Assembly: GCF_009914755.1 (NCBI RefSeq)
Contig: NC_060933.1
Reading direction: 5' to 3' (one strand)
DNA: 64,000 nt
From: the human T2T-CHM13v2.0 reference genome, Homo sapiens
Shown here: positions 25,950 through 42,065 of the stretch, piece after piece
Position numbering within the stretch: the first letter of the stretch is position 1
Layout of the letters: every line of letters starts with the position of its first letter
Translations under genes and position numbers: made by a program
Notes under the pieces: generated by a model
What the model was told of the DNA's origin: nothing
Databases searched by the model: none
What the model saw: only the letters and a program-made list of their open reading frames with translations

Positions 25950-27985
25950 ATTTGTAAATCTGGATTAAAGCACACACACTCACTTTCTCCAGGAGAGTGT
26001 TGGCAGAAATCACACAGGCTTAAAGATTGATGACATTTCAAGTAAACAGTTTCTAACCTCTTCTGGGTTTTTAGACCCGTCAGTAATCCTGTTACTTGCC
26101 CCTGATCCATTTCTTTACTCCTTACTGTCACCAGAATTGCTGAATCTTTCTCACATTCTCAAGTCTCTTTTCCAATCCCAGTTGCCCTCACTTTCAAGGG
26201 AGACGACTTTACTGCCCACTTTATAGAAAATATATCACATCCATCAGGAGCATCCCCATTGTCCTTCCCATACCCCAATCACCAACCTCTCCACTGGACT
26301 ATAAGCTTCTTAGGGGCATAAATGGGGATTAATAATCTTTGTGTGGGTGAAATTCAATGCAGCTGAAAACGGTGGCCTCACACTTAGCCTCTTAATACAT
26401 ATTTGCTCAATTGCTCTGAACTCAAAAAATGATTCATCTTTCTTTATATGTTTTATTCTATCCAAGCATAGTTGTTCTATCTATTCTTTGAATCCCATTC
26501 TCTTACATCTCTTCCAAATTTGCTTCATCTCCTGTAATTGCAAAGAGCCACTCATGCTTAGTCTCCCCCTTCCCACAATGAAAATATTCGAGTTTTCTTC
26601 GTTCTAAAAACCTAGCCCATTCTTGACCCTACATTTCTTTCTATTAACCATCGTGACCTTTCTTCTTGCCTCCTTTCATTAACAGCAAAGTTTTTCAAAC
26701 AATATTGTATGCTTGAGGACTTCAGTTCTTGTTATTTTTCTCACTTCTCAACATAAAGGAAATCCAGTCTCATCCTTAATAATCCATGAAATCTCTGGCT
26801 AAACTCACCAAAGGCTACCTGATGGATACATACAAAGGTTGTATTTATTCTTCCTCTTATTCTGTCCTCAGTGTCTCTCCACTACTCTCTGGGTCTGGAA
26901 AATTCATTTTTTTCTGCATAAACATTAGTATTTGTTCCCATTTCCACCCCCACCACATCTGTCTAATCATTAATTCTGGTTTTCCTTGCTGGGTCTTCTT
27001 CTCTCACTCTCACCCTTGTCTCACCCTCTTATGGATCTCACCCTCTAAATCTGTAAATGGGCATCTCCAGGGCATCTAAATAAGGCTCTTTACTTTTCCA
27101 TTCTAATTCTGTATATTCTTCCTTGGTGATCTTGTCTATGTCCATGGTTTTAAGCATCACTAACAATTCTTAAATAGTTACTTCCAATTCTGCATTCTCC
27201 CGGCATAGTTCAATCCACTTGGGCATTCAATGGGAACATTAAACTAAGTATATCACAGATAAATTTTTTATCTTTATCAGCAAAACTTATTATTTTAATT
27301 AAGATACTGCCTAAATTTCCATCACCTTTTAGGAGGGAGTCAATTGCTGGTCAGGTTAATTTTTCCCATAGAGCTAAGGGACAGGAGATGAGATCAGAGT
27401 GCCTCTACCAGAGTCACATGTAGGGCCACATAAAATAATCCAGAAATTTTAAATATCAAAAGGAAAATGATAGAAAAAAATAGGCAAAGAAAAATTTGCC
27501 TACATACAAATAATCTGTAAATATGAAAAAGTTAATATCTCCAACAAGTCAATAACTGGAATCAGAAACAATGCTAATCATTCAATGTGGGTAAGGTGGC
27601 AGTGCAATGTACAGACTCAAACTTGGCTATTAGGAGTGTAATTTGGTAGAATATTTCATCCTCCTGGGGCTTATGTCTATTCAATAATTTGAACTCTTTC
27701 TTTTTCTTTCTCCTCCTTCACCACAGTCCTAATTTAGACTCATTATTTCTTCCGTGAACTACCGCAGTAACCACTATCCTCCTCTCCTTGTTTCCATTCC
27801 TCTTCTGTCTCAAGTCCATCCTTCACTCCTCCAGAACACTCTTTCTGATCATGTAGATCCCTTGCAGAAATCCCCCATCAGTGGTTCCCCATTATCTCCA
27901 AGCCAAAGACAGATTCCTTAGCATGAAATTTATGCTCTTTTTGATATAGTTCCTGTCTGACCTTTTCAGCCTAATCTCCTACCAG
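25950..27985 (+). mobile_element. Cluster of L2 fragments
   Basis: Pyrimidine-rich L2-like text, e.g. ggttttaagcatcactaac and cagtggttccccatt...ttccttagcatg; heavily diverged and interleaved with other fragments. Confidence 0.55.
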
Positions 27986-28205
27986 ACTATCTGGGTTCAA
28001 ATCCTGGATCCTGCTCCTACCAGCCATGTGACCTTTGGCAAGTTGCATAATATCTGCCTTAGTTCAGTGTCATCTTCCTGTAAAATAGGATTATAATAGC
28101 AGCAATACACAGGCACGTAAAAATTGTATGTGTGAATGTACCCAACATGATCAATAGCAGTGTCTGGGACATGGTCAGCCCTATGGCAATATTTGCTATT
28201 ATTTT
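27982..28205 (+). mobile_element. MIR SINE
   Basis: ctgggttcaaatcctgg...tgtgacctttggcaagttgc...ctgtaaaataggattataatag core. Confidence 0.85.
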
Positions 28206-28698
28206 CCATTATTATTATTGTTGTTACTGTCACTCTTCTACAATGACTCAGTGAGATAAAGCATGTGAAAGCATGTGAGATAGTCTTTCTTTTTTCTTTC
28301 TATTCCTGACTTTGTCTGTGCTATTCTCCTTGACAGCCTGGTAAACAGCACTCATTCTTCATACTTTTCCCTGTAAATGTGTGAGAAGGACAGTTCATTT
28401 TTTTCCCTACCCCAAGGGACTCATTTTCAAATGAGGAGACAAATAAATAAGAAGTTAATATATACTTTATATTTTCGAAAAATAATTGATATGGAGAAAA
28501 TAAGAGCTTCTTAGAAGAATTCACAACTGTGTAAGTGACTTCTTTGGTCCAAATAATACATTGTTAATTATTTTTTAACTAATTATTCTGTTTATTATAC
28601 ACTATGAGTTGCCAAGTTTACTTACTTCTGTATCTCCAGGGCTTGGCATTTTGCTGAATGTATGAAAAGTATGGGAGGTACTTAATAAGGACTTACTC

Positions 28699-29063
<365 letters not shown>

Positions 29064-29902
29064 TCATCTCTTTTTCATTTATACTTTATCTCAGAACACA
29101 AAACCTTGTAATTACGTTGTCATGATGTTTGTCTTTATTACAGAGATAGTCGAAATTTAAATTCACCTATTTGATATATACAAGTCAGTCTGAAACCCCT
29201 GATTTACAGATATATTTTACAAAACTATAACTGGGAATCAACTGCATATAAGCACTGAGAGAATTCCCCTTTCTCTTCACAGTTGGAATGCCTAGGGACC
29301 TCTCTGCCACCACTAATATGTCCTAGTCCTTCGTCACACATCAAGAATTTTTAAAACCTGAATCTGCACGCAACAGTTGCCATAGCCTTTTTAAGAGGTG
29401 GGAACAGGGATTTCTTCCAGCTCATGGAAATCCACCTAAGTTAGCTCCATACCTGGTGTCCTGAAGTGCTGCAAAGCATGAGTTGTAAAAAAAAAAAAAA
29501 AAAAAAAAAAATGCTACACATGGTCAAACTTGTTTTTGTGTCTAATTTGTCATATTTTATAGAGAATTGTCTTTTTCAAGGTATCCTGGGCACATCATCA
29601 CTATTCACAGTGAGGTTTCTGTGGAGCAAACTATTGCAACTGCTAACCAGCCAATTTACAAAAGGGAATTTGGAATTCTGACTGTTCATAAATTGGGGTT
29701 TGTCTTCACTACTGGACCAGACTTACTTCAAAACATTCCTGCTCCATTCAGTCCTCTCTCCAATTATATAACGAATTTATCTTCAGAGACTTTCACATTG
29801 CTCAGATCAAAGCAGAATAAATTCTGTAGCAAATTTAAATTAGAATTAAATAGCTGAAGACTCTTTCTTTCTTTTTAATAGTATAACATTTAGGATTCCT
29901 AT

Positions 29903-31471
29903 TGATGGTGGTGGACACCCATTGGGAGTGGCTGCTGCCAGGATGAGAAAAACACAGCTGGAACTGTACACTCCATGGAGCCTGTCAGGGCTGGCAACAG
30001 GTGGGAACCCTGCCTCCTACCAAGTTGGTGGGCCAGGAGACCCTCACTCCATGGGTGCAGCTGCAGCCACCCAGCCACAGCTCCAGAGCTGGGCATCCCC
30101 GCACTCCTGGGGGCCCAGGAAGCACCTCCTGGCCCTGCAGGCTCAGAAGTGCCTGTTCGAACTCCGTGGCCTCTCCCCACCCCCAGTGCCTGCTCCAGCA
30201 CAGAGCAAAGTAGTAGCTGAGACCAGATACTGTCGCAACCCCACTGTGTGGAAACATGCTCAGGGAAGTACTGCATGCCACCTCAAGCCCCTCTGGACTT
30301 TGGGTGCTGATGAGCTTGGGAAGGAGACTGGGGAGTGGGGGCTGAAGGCAGCTCAGTGCAAGCCTGAAGGTGCCCCTTGGCACCAACAGCCTGGGTGCCA
30401 TGAATGGCATGTTGACGGCAGGAGGCCAACAGTTTCCTCTGTGGAAAGGGACAGGTCCTGCCCATCTTCAAGTCAGAGACAGCCTGAAGCATGGGGTCGG
30501 GCTGCCAGCTCCAGGTGGAGTCCGTGGCCCCAAGTGAGAACTTATGGTGCTTTTTTCAGGCCCACCTATGGCCACCCATGGATCAGTCAGCATGTACTTC
30601 CTTTTGAGTCCATAAAAACCCCAGACTCAGCCAGACTCAGCTAGACATAGGGATGACCTGCCTGCAGATAGGAGCTACCCACTCTGGGTCTCCTCTCCTC
30701 TGAGGGCTGCAGGCTCAACCAGGATGACCTGCCTGCAGATAGGTGCTACCTGCTAAGGGTCCCCTCTCTGCTGAGAGCTACACACTCATTGGGATGACCT
30801 GCATGTGGAAAGGAGCTACCCACTTCAGGTCTCCTGAGAACTGTACTGTTGCTCAATAAAGCTTCTCTTCCCCTTGCTCAGCCTCCAGTTGTCCATATGC
30901 CTCATTCTTCCTGGACACAGGAAAAGAACTCAGGACCCACCAAATGCCAGGACAGAAAAAAGCTTTAACACAAACAGGGCTGAAACATGCACTCCACCCC
31001 TCTGCTCACCACACTGTGGGCAATGGGAAGGAGAGAAGAGCTGTGACCCTTCTAGGATCCCAAACCTAGGGGCTCCCTTAGCCAGGGCTGTGACACCTTC
31101 TTGGGGGCTCTGCAGTTTCTGGCATCTCTAAGCTTCCAGATGCCACCACGTTCCCCTCATCCAACCACAGGCTGCATGATGCTGGTGCTTGTGCCAGTGC
31201 CTGGAGCTGCCCACCCCACTGCAGCAGCCAGCGTGCCTGGCTGTGTGCAGTGGCCAGACCTGCCACTTGTTCGCTCACACACCCTTTGCTCCTTTGTGCC
31301 TGGCTCACTTTTGGCAGGCATGGGATCCCGGCTGGTAGCATGAGCTGAACACAGCTTGCCAGACCAAGTGAGCAGAATGAGCCCAGTGGGCCTGAGCAAA
31401 ACTCAGGCAAAGGCACCACTGGCCACAGAAGCTTCCAGCTGGAAAATCGACACCCTAAGGATCTTGTGACA
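29903..31471 (+). mobile_element. Solo LTR, MER52-like (ERV1)
   Basis: TG...CA termini (tgatggtgg ... cttgtgaca), TSD ctat/gtat, cataaaa box ~30611, AATAAA ~30855, internal ggatgacctgc repeats. Confidence 0.88.
30650..30835 (+). repeat. Three ~70-bp tandem units inside the MER52 LTR
   Basis: ggatgacctgc...ag(g/t)gctacc recurs at ~30651, ~30722 and ~30792. Confidence 0.85.
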
Positions 31472-31914
31472 GTATTGTTACAAATTATAGCAATGCTTTT
31501 CAAATTAATTTAGCAATTCTCTTCTCAGAGATAATTTTTTTAAAAGGCCCAAGTAACCATGGAAAGGGATGCAGTCATTTCTGAGGGACTCAAGTGCTAC
31601 CAGGGCTTTCTCTCTCCATCCCTCAACTCCATTCCTCCCTCTGTGCTTGCTTCTTTCTCTTAAAACAGCTTGCTTCAACTTGAATGGCATGGCACTGTCA
31701 GCAACTTCTGTGTCACCAAAACAGAACTAGGCATTCTTTCCTTTATTTTGTTCCCAAAAGAGGAATCTTATTTGCCTATCTCGGATGATATGCTCATCCC
31801 AAGATCAATAATAGTAATTGTTCCTAAACATGTCTAATTGCTTTTTCTCTCCCAACTCCCAAATTTTCCTATCTAATTGCTTATTATTATTTTCAAATAA
31901 ATGAATGAAAACTG

Positions 31915-32760
31915 TCAAATTAAAATCAGTATGTTCAAACCCAAACTCACTTCTCTTCTTACATAATTTCTTGCTCTTCTGCTTTTATTATCTATTAATA
32001 ATGTGATTAATTTAATAGTCTTCTAGGCATCTGGACTTGAAATTTACCCACTTGTCCTAAATTCAGTTAGGTATTAAGTAATTAGCTTTTGCTTCTACCA
32101 GAACTTTCTTTATTTGCTTTCTCAATTTCTTTCTCATTCTTGCCTCCGCAATTGAAGTATACTTTCCCCTCTTCCTAGACTAATGAAATAACTTTCTATT
32201 TAGGCATCATACTCCTATTCTTTATTCTAAACTAGATTTAACATTGCTATTAGAATTACCACTTTACAATAAAGCTTAACATCACATCTGTTTCTTATTC
32301 AGGGGCTCTCAGGGGCTCCTAATAGCTGCAGAATGTAATGCAACCTCATCATCTTGAATTTAACATCCAAATTTGAATATGTACCTACCAGTTTCGAGAA
32401 GCTGCTCCCCCATATATCCATACTCTTTGCTCTTGCACAGTTTCCTCAATTTCAAATGCTATTTCCTCTTTCCCAACCAGAGCCTCATGCTACTTGTGAA
32501 AATCCTATCTATCTTTTTAGGTTTATATCAAATGCCATATTATGTTTGAAATTTTTCCCGTTTCCATCTGATTATGAATTTTCCTTCCTGATGATTCTTA
32601 TAATTATCCTTTACATTCTTTATTTGTACTTTACTTATCACATTTGATCTATAGTCATGTATATGCTTTACTTATTTTACTTCAACTGGTTAAGTGGGCC
32701 ACTTGAAAACAAGAGTATGAGTCTTATTTATCTTCATGAATCGTTCTGTAAGATGACTGC
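31915..32760 (+). mobile_element. L2 fragment
   Basis: atgttcaaacccaaactc and tcaaatgctatttcctc L2-like text, diverged. Confidence 0.55.
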
Positions 32761-33589
32761 ATCTTTCATAAAGTTTTTGTGCTAGTGACATTTCTGAAAT
32801 AAACTGAAGAGCTTCAGGAATTCATTAGAGATTTGCATGGCAAGAGACTGCATATGCTTGGTATACCTACTCTAAACTTTTATAAAGATGGATAAAATCA
32901 CAAACAATAGCAGTGGCCCTGTATATTAAATACATGGAAAATCTGCCCAAATCTGAGCAGAATTTCTAACTACTACTTTATGAATGAGGAAATAATGAGG
33001 AACACCTTCTTAAACTCTGCACTCCATGATGCTCTAAAGCAAGTCAGAATTTACTAAAGAAGGTGAAGAAACACTGACTCACCCCTACCCAGTTTCAGGA
33101 TTCACAACTTTCATGCGTCATAAAAGGGGTTATAACCTCCAACACACAAAACCATCTTGTCTACCAAACTAATTCTGCAAATTGTCTTTTCTGGGATCTG
33201 TAAACTCTTGGTCCCTTTGATACTTTCTCTCTCTTCACTTTCACTCAGGGATGCCCAACCTAAAAATGGCAGAAAGTATGGGACAGCTCAGAGCATGTGC
33301 CATCATGAGATGCTTAACTACTTAGGAAAAACCATTGTGATATTATTTTTTTCTGTCAAATTAGCAAATATTTTAAAGCCAGCATTCGATATTAATGTAG
33401 GTTTAGCAAAGTGGGCATCTAATGTACTATAAGTGGAATGTAAACTGGTATGACATTCCTGGAAAGAAATTTGTAATGTGAATCAAGAGATTTTTTTAAA
33501 TACACATACTCTTTCACCTAGTAACTTGCCTTCTGTGGAATAGTCAAATATACGAATGAAGATTTAAGGCTCCTCTCTATAAGACAGTA

Positions 33590-34010
33590 TAATAAGGAGA
33601 AGATAAAGGACAGAATCTTGTAAACTGTGCAGTCTGAGAATACATGAGAAAGACAAGGATTTAGGGAGAGGGTCTGATAGAGGACTTCAGATAACAGGAC
33701 GCATGGGAAGTCAATGGAAAAGAAAGTTTTAAGAAATCATGGTGGTCAAATGTTAAATACTACACGACGGCCAAATAAGCTGAAGACTCCGTTCAGGCTA
33801 TTAAATTTAGTTATTAAATAAAATAAATTTATTTTGAAGTAAAATAATAACATACATTTTGTTGTAAAGAGATTGTAAGTTTGGAGGGCAGTTTCACTGA
33901 GGGCACAATTGGATAGCAAGAGGCTATAGAGTAAGTGAGTGTGTGGTAAAGAGTAACGGTTATGAGTTGTAAATTGCACTTCCAAATACTTGACAGTGAA
34001 GAATTCTGCC
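33590..34010 (-). mobile_element. L2 fragment
   Basis: gtggtcaaatgttaaatactacacgacggccaaataagctgaagact resembles antisense L2 RT region. Confidence 0.55.
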
Positions 34011-35442
34011 AGTAACCATTTAAGGAGAACGTACTCTGGGGATGGCAGTGAGGGGCAGTGAGGAAACAAAAATGAATGCGACTCAGCTCTTTCCCCCAAG
34101 TGGTTTGCAGTCTGCTAAATCTCTTGGAGGCTGGCTTTAGTGGGGGCAGTGAATTGCTCAGTAGCCTCCTTTGTATCAATGGTTAAGGTTCTCCATTTTC
34201 TTCCCAATATGGAATACACATAAATTTATCTTCCTGGATTACTTATTCTCTAGAAGTCTACTAATTCATTGCTGTTTCTACCTGCAGAATTTATAGCCAA
34301 GCTGTTTTACTAACTGCTCTTGCTTGTGCAAAGCAAAAAAAAGCAAACAAAAAACTAGTTTGATTTTCTGGACATCCTGAGTTGCTATGGCACCTTGAAT
34401 TAACAAACAAAGACTATTCACCTTTTTTTCAGTTAAAAAAAATAGTCAATTCATCTCTCAGACCTGAGTGGTGAAACGTGAATTTAGTGACCCTGTCAAC
34501 TCATAAGCGTGTGACTTCATGTGACAATCTGGCATGAGGCATGAGGCTTATTTGCTTTTCCAAGAGACAACAATGATTTCACAAGAGGCCAGTCACACTC
34601 TCTATCTAGTGTTTCTCTGATCATGGTTTGCACTTAAGAGGTGATAGGTGTGGATGGTCAAAGTTTTAAAACCAAAATATTGCTTCATTTCACACATAGG
34701 AGAAATGGGAATAGGCATTATCACTGCTGACAGAAGCAGTCTTTGGTGAAAGGGACTGTGGAGGGTATTTATCTGAGAGAAGTAAAAGTCATCCAAGGTT
34801 AAAGAAAGCTCCCTGATTTCCCAAGGCTTACACTCTAAGAAGGAAAGGCCTGCAAGGCTAATTGTAATCCGTTTACAACAATTATGGGAAAGAATGACAC
34901 AACATAATTTGGAATCTTTGAACCATGTTGCTTGTGCTTCACTGTTGCTTTTCAGTGCTGTTGGGAGTGATTTCATTTGCCTGAGCCATTCTGTCTGCCG
35001 TTTCTTTGAAACTAGCCCTTGTACTCATTCTATTCCTTTTATACTTTTTTTTTTATTACTGTGAGAGAATAGTAATAGGTTTTATATAAAGGCTGATGGG
35101 TCTACTTAATTGCTGATTGTACTATTCCCCTTATTTCACATCTACAGAGCTTGGCAAGCAAACAGATGCCATTATCAGAGCTATTTCTTTGTTATTCAAG
35201 GTCTATTGTTGCCATCATTCTAAAAGTAATATTCAAGAGCAGAGCCTTGGGTTCTTCTAATTACTGAAGTCAACACAGTTTTCAACTTTTTCAAATTACT
35301 TTTGGACTCATTCTTCCTATTACTTTCTCTCTTTTCCTTCCTTCTTCTATCCCTTTTACCACCTCTCACTCTCACACACGCTTATTAAGCCCTGGGCAGC
35401 ATGCCAAATGCTGGAGAAACAGAGATAAGAAAGCTTTGTTAT

Positions 35443-35742
<300 letters not shown>

Positions 35743-35918
35743 TCTTTGTTACTAAGCCTGAGGGGGATTGGAATCCCTGGGGAAGAAGTCATTACACTTG
35801 TGATTTCTTGTTCAAATTTGGGTGTTTTCAAGAGGCTAAGTACTGTGGGTATGTGGAATTGAGGTGGATAAACAGGTCTGTAAATAAATGGAAGCCTTCA
35901 TTAGAGAAATGATATTTA

Positions 35919-37505
<1,587 letters not shown>

Positions 37506-37976
37506 GCTTTAACTTAACCATCTAATGTGCTTGTCAAAGTGCTTTGGGACCAAGGGAGGATTCAGGGGTTTGAAAAGAAACCATTAACAATGGTTAAAAA
37601 AAAAAAAAAAAAAGCAGTTACCACAATATCAGATGTACATTAGTTTAAACAGTCAGGAAACTACTTATAACATGAATTCACTGGCTCAGAAACCCTGAGG
37701 AACTTCTGCAAAAATGATATCACGATGGGCCTAAACACAGAACTAATTGACCAATGAGAGGCAAAATGAATATTAAGAAAGACATGAGATAATTTACCAA
37801 TCAGAAAATAATAATACCAAGCACCATACTGTGCAAGTTTCTTATAGAAACAAACAGGATATGAATTTTTAGGGAAATAGTTTTTTAAAATCATGGATGG
37901 CACATGAATGTGGGGCCTTTGGTCAAAGCCTAGGATCTCTGTGTGGAAGGAAGGGAGGACAAACTACAGGCAAGCT

Positions 37977-38549
37977 GTGGTATCTCCACTGAGAAGCCTT
38001 TTAAAAAGTAGATAGATGTTTTGTCAGTTTTATGTCCTAGGAATGTCTTTCTGAAATACCTGGGAGCTATCCCTTTGAAATGTCAGCAACAAGAGAGAGA
38101 GAACAACCCTATTTCCCAGTTTCTGTGGGAGGGTGGAAGTCTAACTTCAGTAGGCACCTTATTCAAAGTTGCAAAAATACCTCCTGTCATAAAGACATGA
38201 GAAGTTTGTTTTTTTCCTCTGGATGAAGCCAATTAACTAACATAGATTGTTGTTCCAATTGCCATGATAAAGTTATGATGAACAATGTGTGACAAAAGGT
38301 GCTGTCCAGTCCTCTTACTTGAGGATTATTGTTTATCTTGAAAATAGGTATGCAATGAGTTGTATCTGCTTGGTCGTTTAAAAGGGAGAGATTCCTTTCT
38401 ATTTTTGCAATCTTTTAGCACATTGCCTGTGATGGACATCACATTGGTTTAATGCCTATTCAGTAATAAATATGTTTTTTCTCTACTACCTTGGTGGGAG
38501 GAATATTGGGTGGAAAGAATGTTTTGTTTTTAATTGTATTTCCCCAACA
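37977..38549 (+). mobile_element. ERV1 LTR (MER67-like)
   Basis: ggaatgtctttctgaaatacctgggagctatccctttgaaatgt ... taattgtatttccccaaca; left edge uncertain. Confidence 0.7.
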
Positions 38550-38719
38550 CTCTATACACACAATCAGGCCATTATACTGAGCTCTTCATTTCCAGTCTAT
38601 TTCCCAAACCCAATTCATCCTCCACACTGCAGCCAGAGTGAGCTTTCTATAAGATGGCTTTAGCAATGGCATTCCCTCCTAAAACTCTTTACTGACTTAT
38701 CACCAGCTCTGAGAAAACA

Positions 38720-38900
38720 GCTATATTTAATGAGTTTTTCTGTGTCTCAGGTACTACAATAAAGGCCTACATGTATTAGCTCACTTAATTCTCACAGCAA
38801 TCCTGGGAAGTAAGTACTATTTTTACACACAAGTGGATATAAAAACGGCCCTAGTTCCTACAGATGACATGGGTTTTAGTTAGGCCTGGAAGCCAGGTAG
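38720..38900 (-). mobile_element. MIR SINE
   Basis: tattagctcacttaattctcacagcaatcctgggaagtaagtactatttttac. Confidence 0.7.
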
Positions 38901-39436
38901 CATATATCCAAAATACCTCTAGATTAGACTGCTCAAACTCTGGCCTCTCATTACCTTTTTGTTCTATACTTCATAAATGTTGAAGTGTCTATAGTTTACT
39001 TAACCTATCTGTTCTTTTTTTTTCAGAGTATAGACCTCTCCAATTTTAGAACTATATAAATAAGTGACACAAAAGGTAGGATTTGGAAAATATACTGACA
39101 CATACAAAATTACAGTACGTTACTTAGAATACACAGGATAAGTGCAATATTTTAAGAGATGTACAATAAGAAACAAAGAACTATTTAGTAGCACCTGTTA
39201 TCATTCAATAAAATTCAAGAAGAATCATTCTAAAATTTATCTGTGAGAATATATAACAATAGCTGATTTTTTAAGAAAAAAATTGAGATAACTTACCCAA
39301 TAGATAGTATAATAAAATGTGTGTTAAGTTGCAGTGATTAAAACACTGTGATATAGTGAATGAAAAGAAGGATTTATAAAATCACATAGAGCCTGAAATT
39401 ACCTTACATATATTTGAGATTAGGATATAGATAGTT

Positions 39437-40447
39437 TTAACTAAAAAGCTTTCTGCATAGTAAAATAAATAATTAACTGAATGAACAGAAACTGAATGAA
39501 CAGAAATTCTCCTATAGAACGGGAGAAAATATTTGCAAACTATGCATGTGACAGGGAATTAATATCCAAAATTTGTAAGGAACTAAACAACAACAAAAAA
39601 GACAAATAATCCCATTAAAAAGTGGGCAAGGAACATGAATAGACATTTTTCAAAAGAAGACATGAAAATGGTTAGCAGAAATATGAAAAAATGCTCAACA
39701 TCACTATTCATCAGAGAACTGCAAATTAAAACCACAATGAGACATCATCTTACACAAATCAGAGTGTCTATTATTAAAAGGAAAAAATTTAACAGATATT
39801 GTCAAAGATGTGGAGAAAAGGGAACTCTTATACACTGTTGGTGGGAATATAAATTAGTACAACCTCTACGGTAAACAGTATGGAGATTTCTCATAGAACT
39901 CAAGACAGAACTACCACTCAATCCAGCAGTCCCACTGCTGAGTATCTACCCAGGGGAAAATAAGTCATTATATCAAAAAGATACCTGTACCTGTATGTTT
40001 ATCACATCATTATTCACAATAGCACAGAGATAAAACCAACCGAAGTGTCCATCAATGCATAACTGGATAAAGAAAATGTGGCATATATATACTAAAGCAC
40101 AAAAAAAAAATGAAATAATACCTTTTGCAGCAACATGAATGGAACTAGAGGCCATTCTCTTAAGTGAAAAAAAATAAGACACAGAAAGACAAATACCACG
40201 TGTTCTCGTCTGTAAGTGGGAGATAAATAATGTGTACACATAGATGTAGTGTATGGAATGATAGACAATGGAGACTTGGAAGGGTAAGGTGGTGGGAGGA
40301 GTTGGATGATGAGAGATTACTTAATGGTTACAATGTACATTATTTGGGTAATGAGTAACCTAAAAGGCCTGACTTCACTACTATTCAATGTATGTGTTTA
40401 ACAAAATTACACTTGTACCCCATACATTTATACAAATAAATAAGTAA
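39437..40447 (+). mobile_element. 5'-truncated L1PB4-type LINE-1
   Basis: ORF 39635..39874 (MNRHFSKED...[21 protein letters not shown]...[20 protein letters not shown]) is the ORF2 CCHC region; L1PB4-like 3' UTR. Confidence 0.9.
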
Positions 40448-40950
40448 ATGTGGAAGGAATCGACTTTTTTGGTTCAGCACCACTTTATCAAACAGCCTCT
40501 ACTTTGTCTACTAATCATAATAGACATTTTTTTCATAATCCCTGTAAGCACTAAGACATGGTACGAAATGATGGACAAAGATCAGATCATTCTCTGGAGA
40601 AGTGATTCTTTGCTCATTTTCAATCTAGACTCTGAGCACCCAATTCCTTTTCTCACAATTAATTTCTGAGGCAAAGTAGCATTTTTATAAGGGTTTTCAT
40701 AATGAAAAACTGGTGAAAGATTAGTAATAGCAAATGGAAGAGGCATTGTTTTATTAAGAAAATCCTGTCTCTCTGTATCTCTTTGCTTTCAGAAATGTTT
40801 TTAAATCAGAGCACAGAGCACATACATCTAAGGGGATTGAGATATTCTTTGAGGAAAGAAGAAACCTTAAAATTTAGAATAATCAACTAAATTTTAAGAT
40901 TACATCATTAAATTTAAAGTTGAAATTTACTGCACTTCTATCTCACAGTC

Positions 40951-41270
40951 CAGAGGTTCCCAAACTTTCTCAGTTCATAACATTCTTAGTATCTCAGTAT
41001 TTCTTTTCATGACATTCTCGGTTTTTTATTAAATAATTAGTTTCCAACTACTTAATAAATATCTATATCTTAACAAATTTGTAACTATTTGAAAAGCTAA
41101 TACACATATATTTTAAAAATGTTTTATTTCATCCTTAATAATCATAACAACATACTGATGGAAGGTGTGTACCTGCTAGTCACTGTAAATTTTTCAAATT
41201 GGATTCCATCACACCCTTCCTCATTTCCTCTTCCATGTTAGTTTCTGTATGATACTTGCTTTTTCCTCCC
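40951..41270. mobile_element. hAT-Charlie transposon fragment
   Basis: cagaggttcccaaactttc terminal repeat followed by cttagtatctcagta. Confidence 0.55.
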
Positions 41271-41334
41271 TATGCACCTAAAACACTACCTGACATAAAG
41301 AAAATGCCCAACAAATGGATCAACAGAAGCATTG

Positions 41335-41530
41335 GAGGTGGAGAGAGCTGGGTTTCCCCCCTGGCTTCACTATAAACCAACTAAATAACTTTGGACTTAG
41401 CTTCTGTGAGTCTCAGCTTTTATTTTGTTTAAACAGAGATGGTAAAAGTGAATGACTATCTGGATTATTTTAATGATTTAATGAGCAACTAAAATGCTCA
41501 GCACAGTGTCTGACATGTTTTACTGCTTTT
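41335..41530 (+). mobile_element. MIR SINE
   Basis: ctgggtttccccctggcttcact...ttctgtgagtctcagc...aaaatgctcagcacagtgtctgaca. Confidence 0.7.
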
Positions 41531-42065
41531 AAGTGATACTTTTTAATACTATCACTACCACTCCAGAGTTTTGCTTTCACAGTTATTAAGTTTTCTAGAA
41601 AGCAGATTTTAAAATCTGACAACCATAAATACCTATCGTCAAAATACCAAAAGGAAATAGAGGATTATAATTATATTTAAGGGATTCCTCAAAGTTCTGT
41701 TGCAGATAAGAATTCAGAGGGGTTATAGAAATAGCACAGAAAATTTGGCTCAAATCATACTTTTGCTTCTCATCAGCTTTGCTGCTACTTAGAATTGCGA
41801 ACCCTCAGCTTCTCTTTCTGTTAAGTAGAAGAAAATAATACTGCTCAGAGCAATGATATTAAGAAAACTGGAATAAATATTCTCCTTTATCTCCATGAGG
41901 AGAAGAGGCTGCGAATTCCTGCCTGGTAAAATTTTGGGTCCCAAGGCTGGCAATTGAGTGGTCTCTCAACACCATACTTTATAGTGTGTGGATAAAATTG
42001 CTTAAGTTAGTATCCAAAGGTGTTTCCTATTTAGTCTTGACATACACTATCTAAAACTTGGCTAC

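Noticed and set aside
25755-27079. Hydrophobic ORFs suggesting small membrane proteins
   Set aside because: They lie in pyrimidine-rich L2 debris, whose T/C bias yields Leu/Phe/Ser-rich translations.
29922-30644. Longest ORF (240 aa) and overlapping ORFs on both strands
   Set aside because: Entirely inside the GC-rich MER52-like LTR, GTG start, open frames on both strands and no recognisable domain; a compositional artefact.
30650-30835. Regularly spaced repeats resembling a CRISPR array
   Set aside because: The spacers resemble each other, the array is inside a primate LTR and there are no cas genes.
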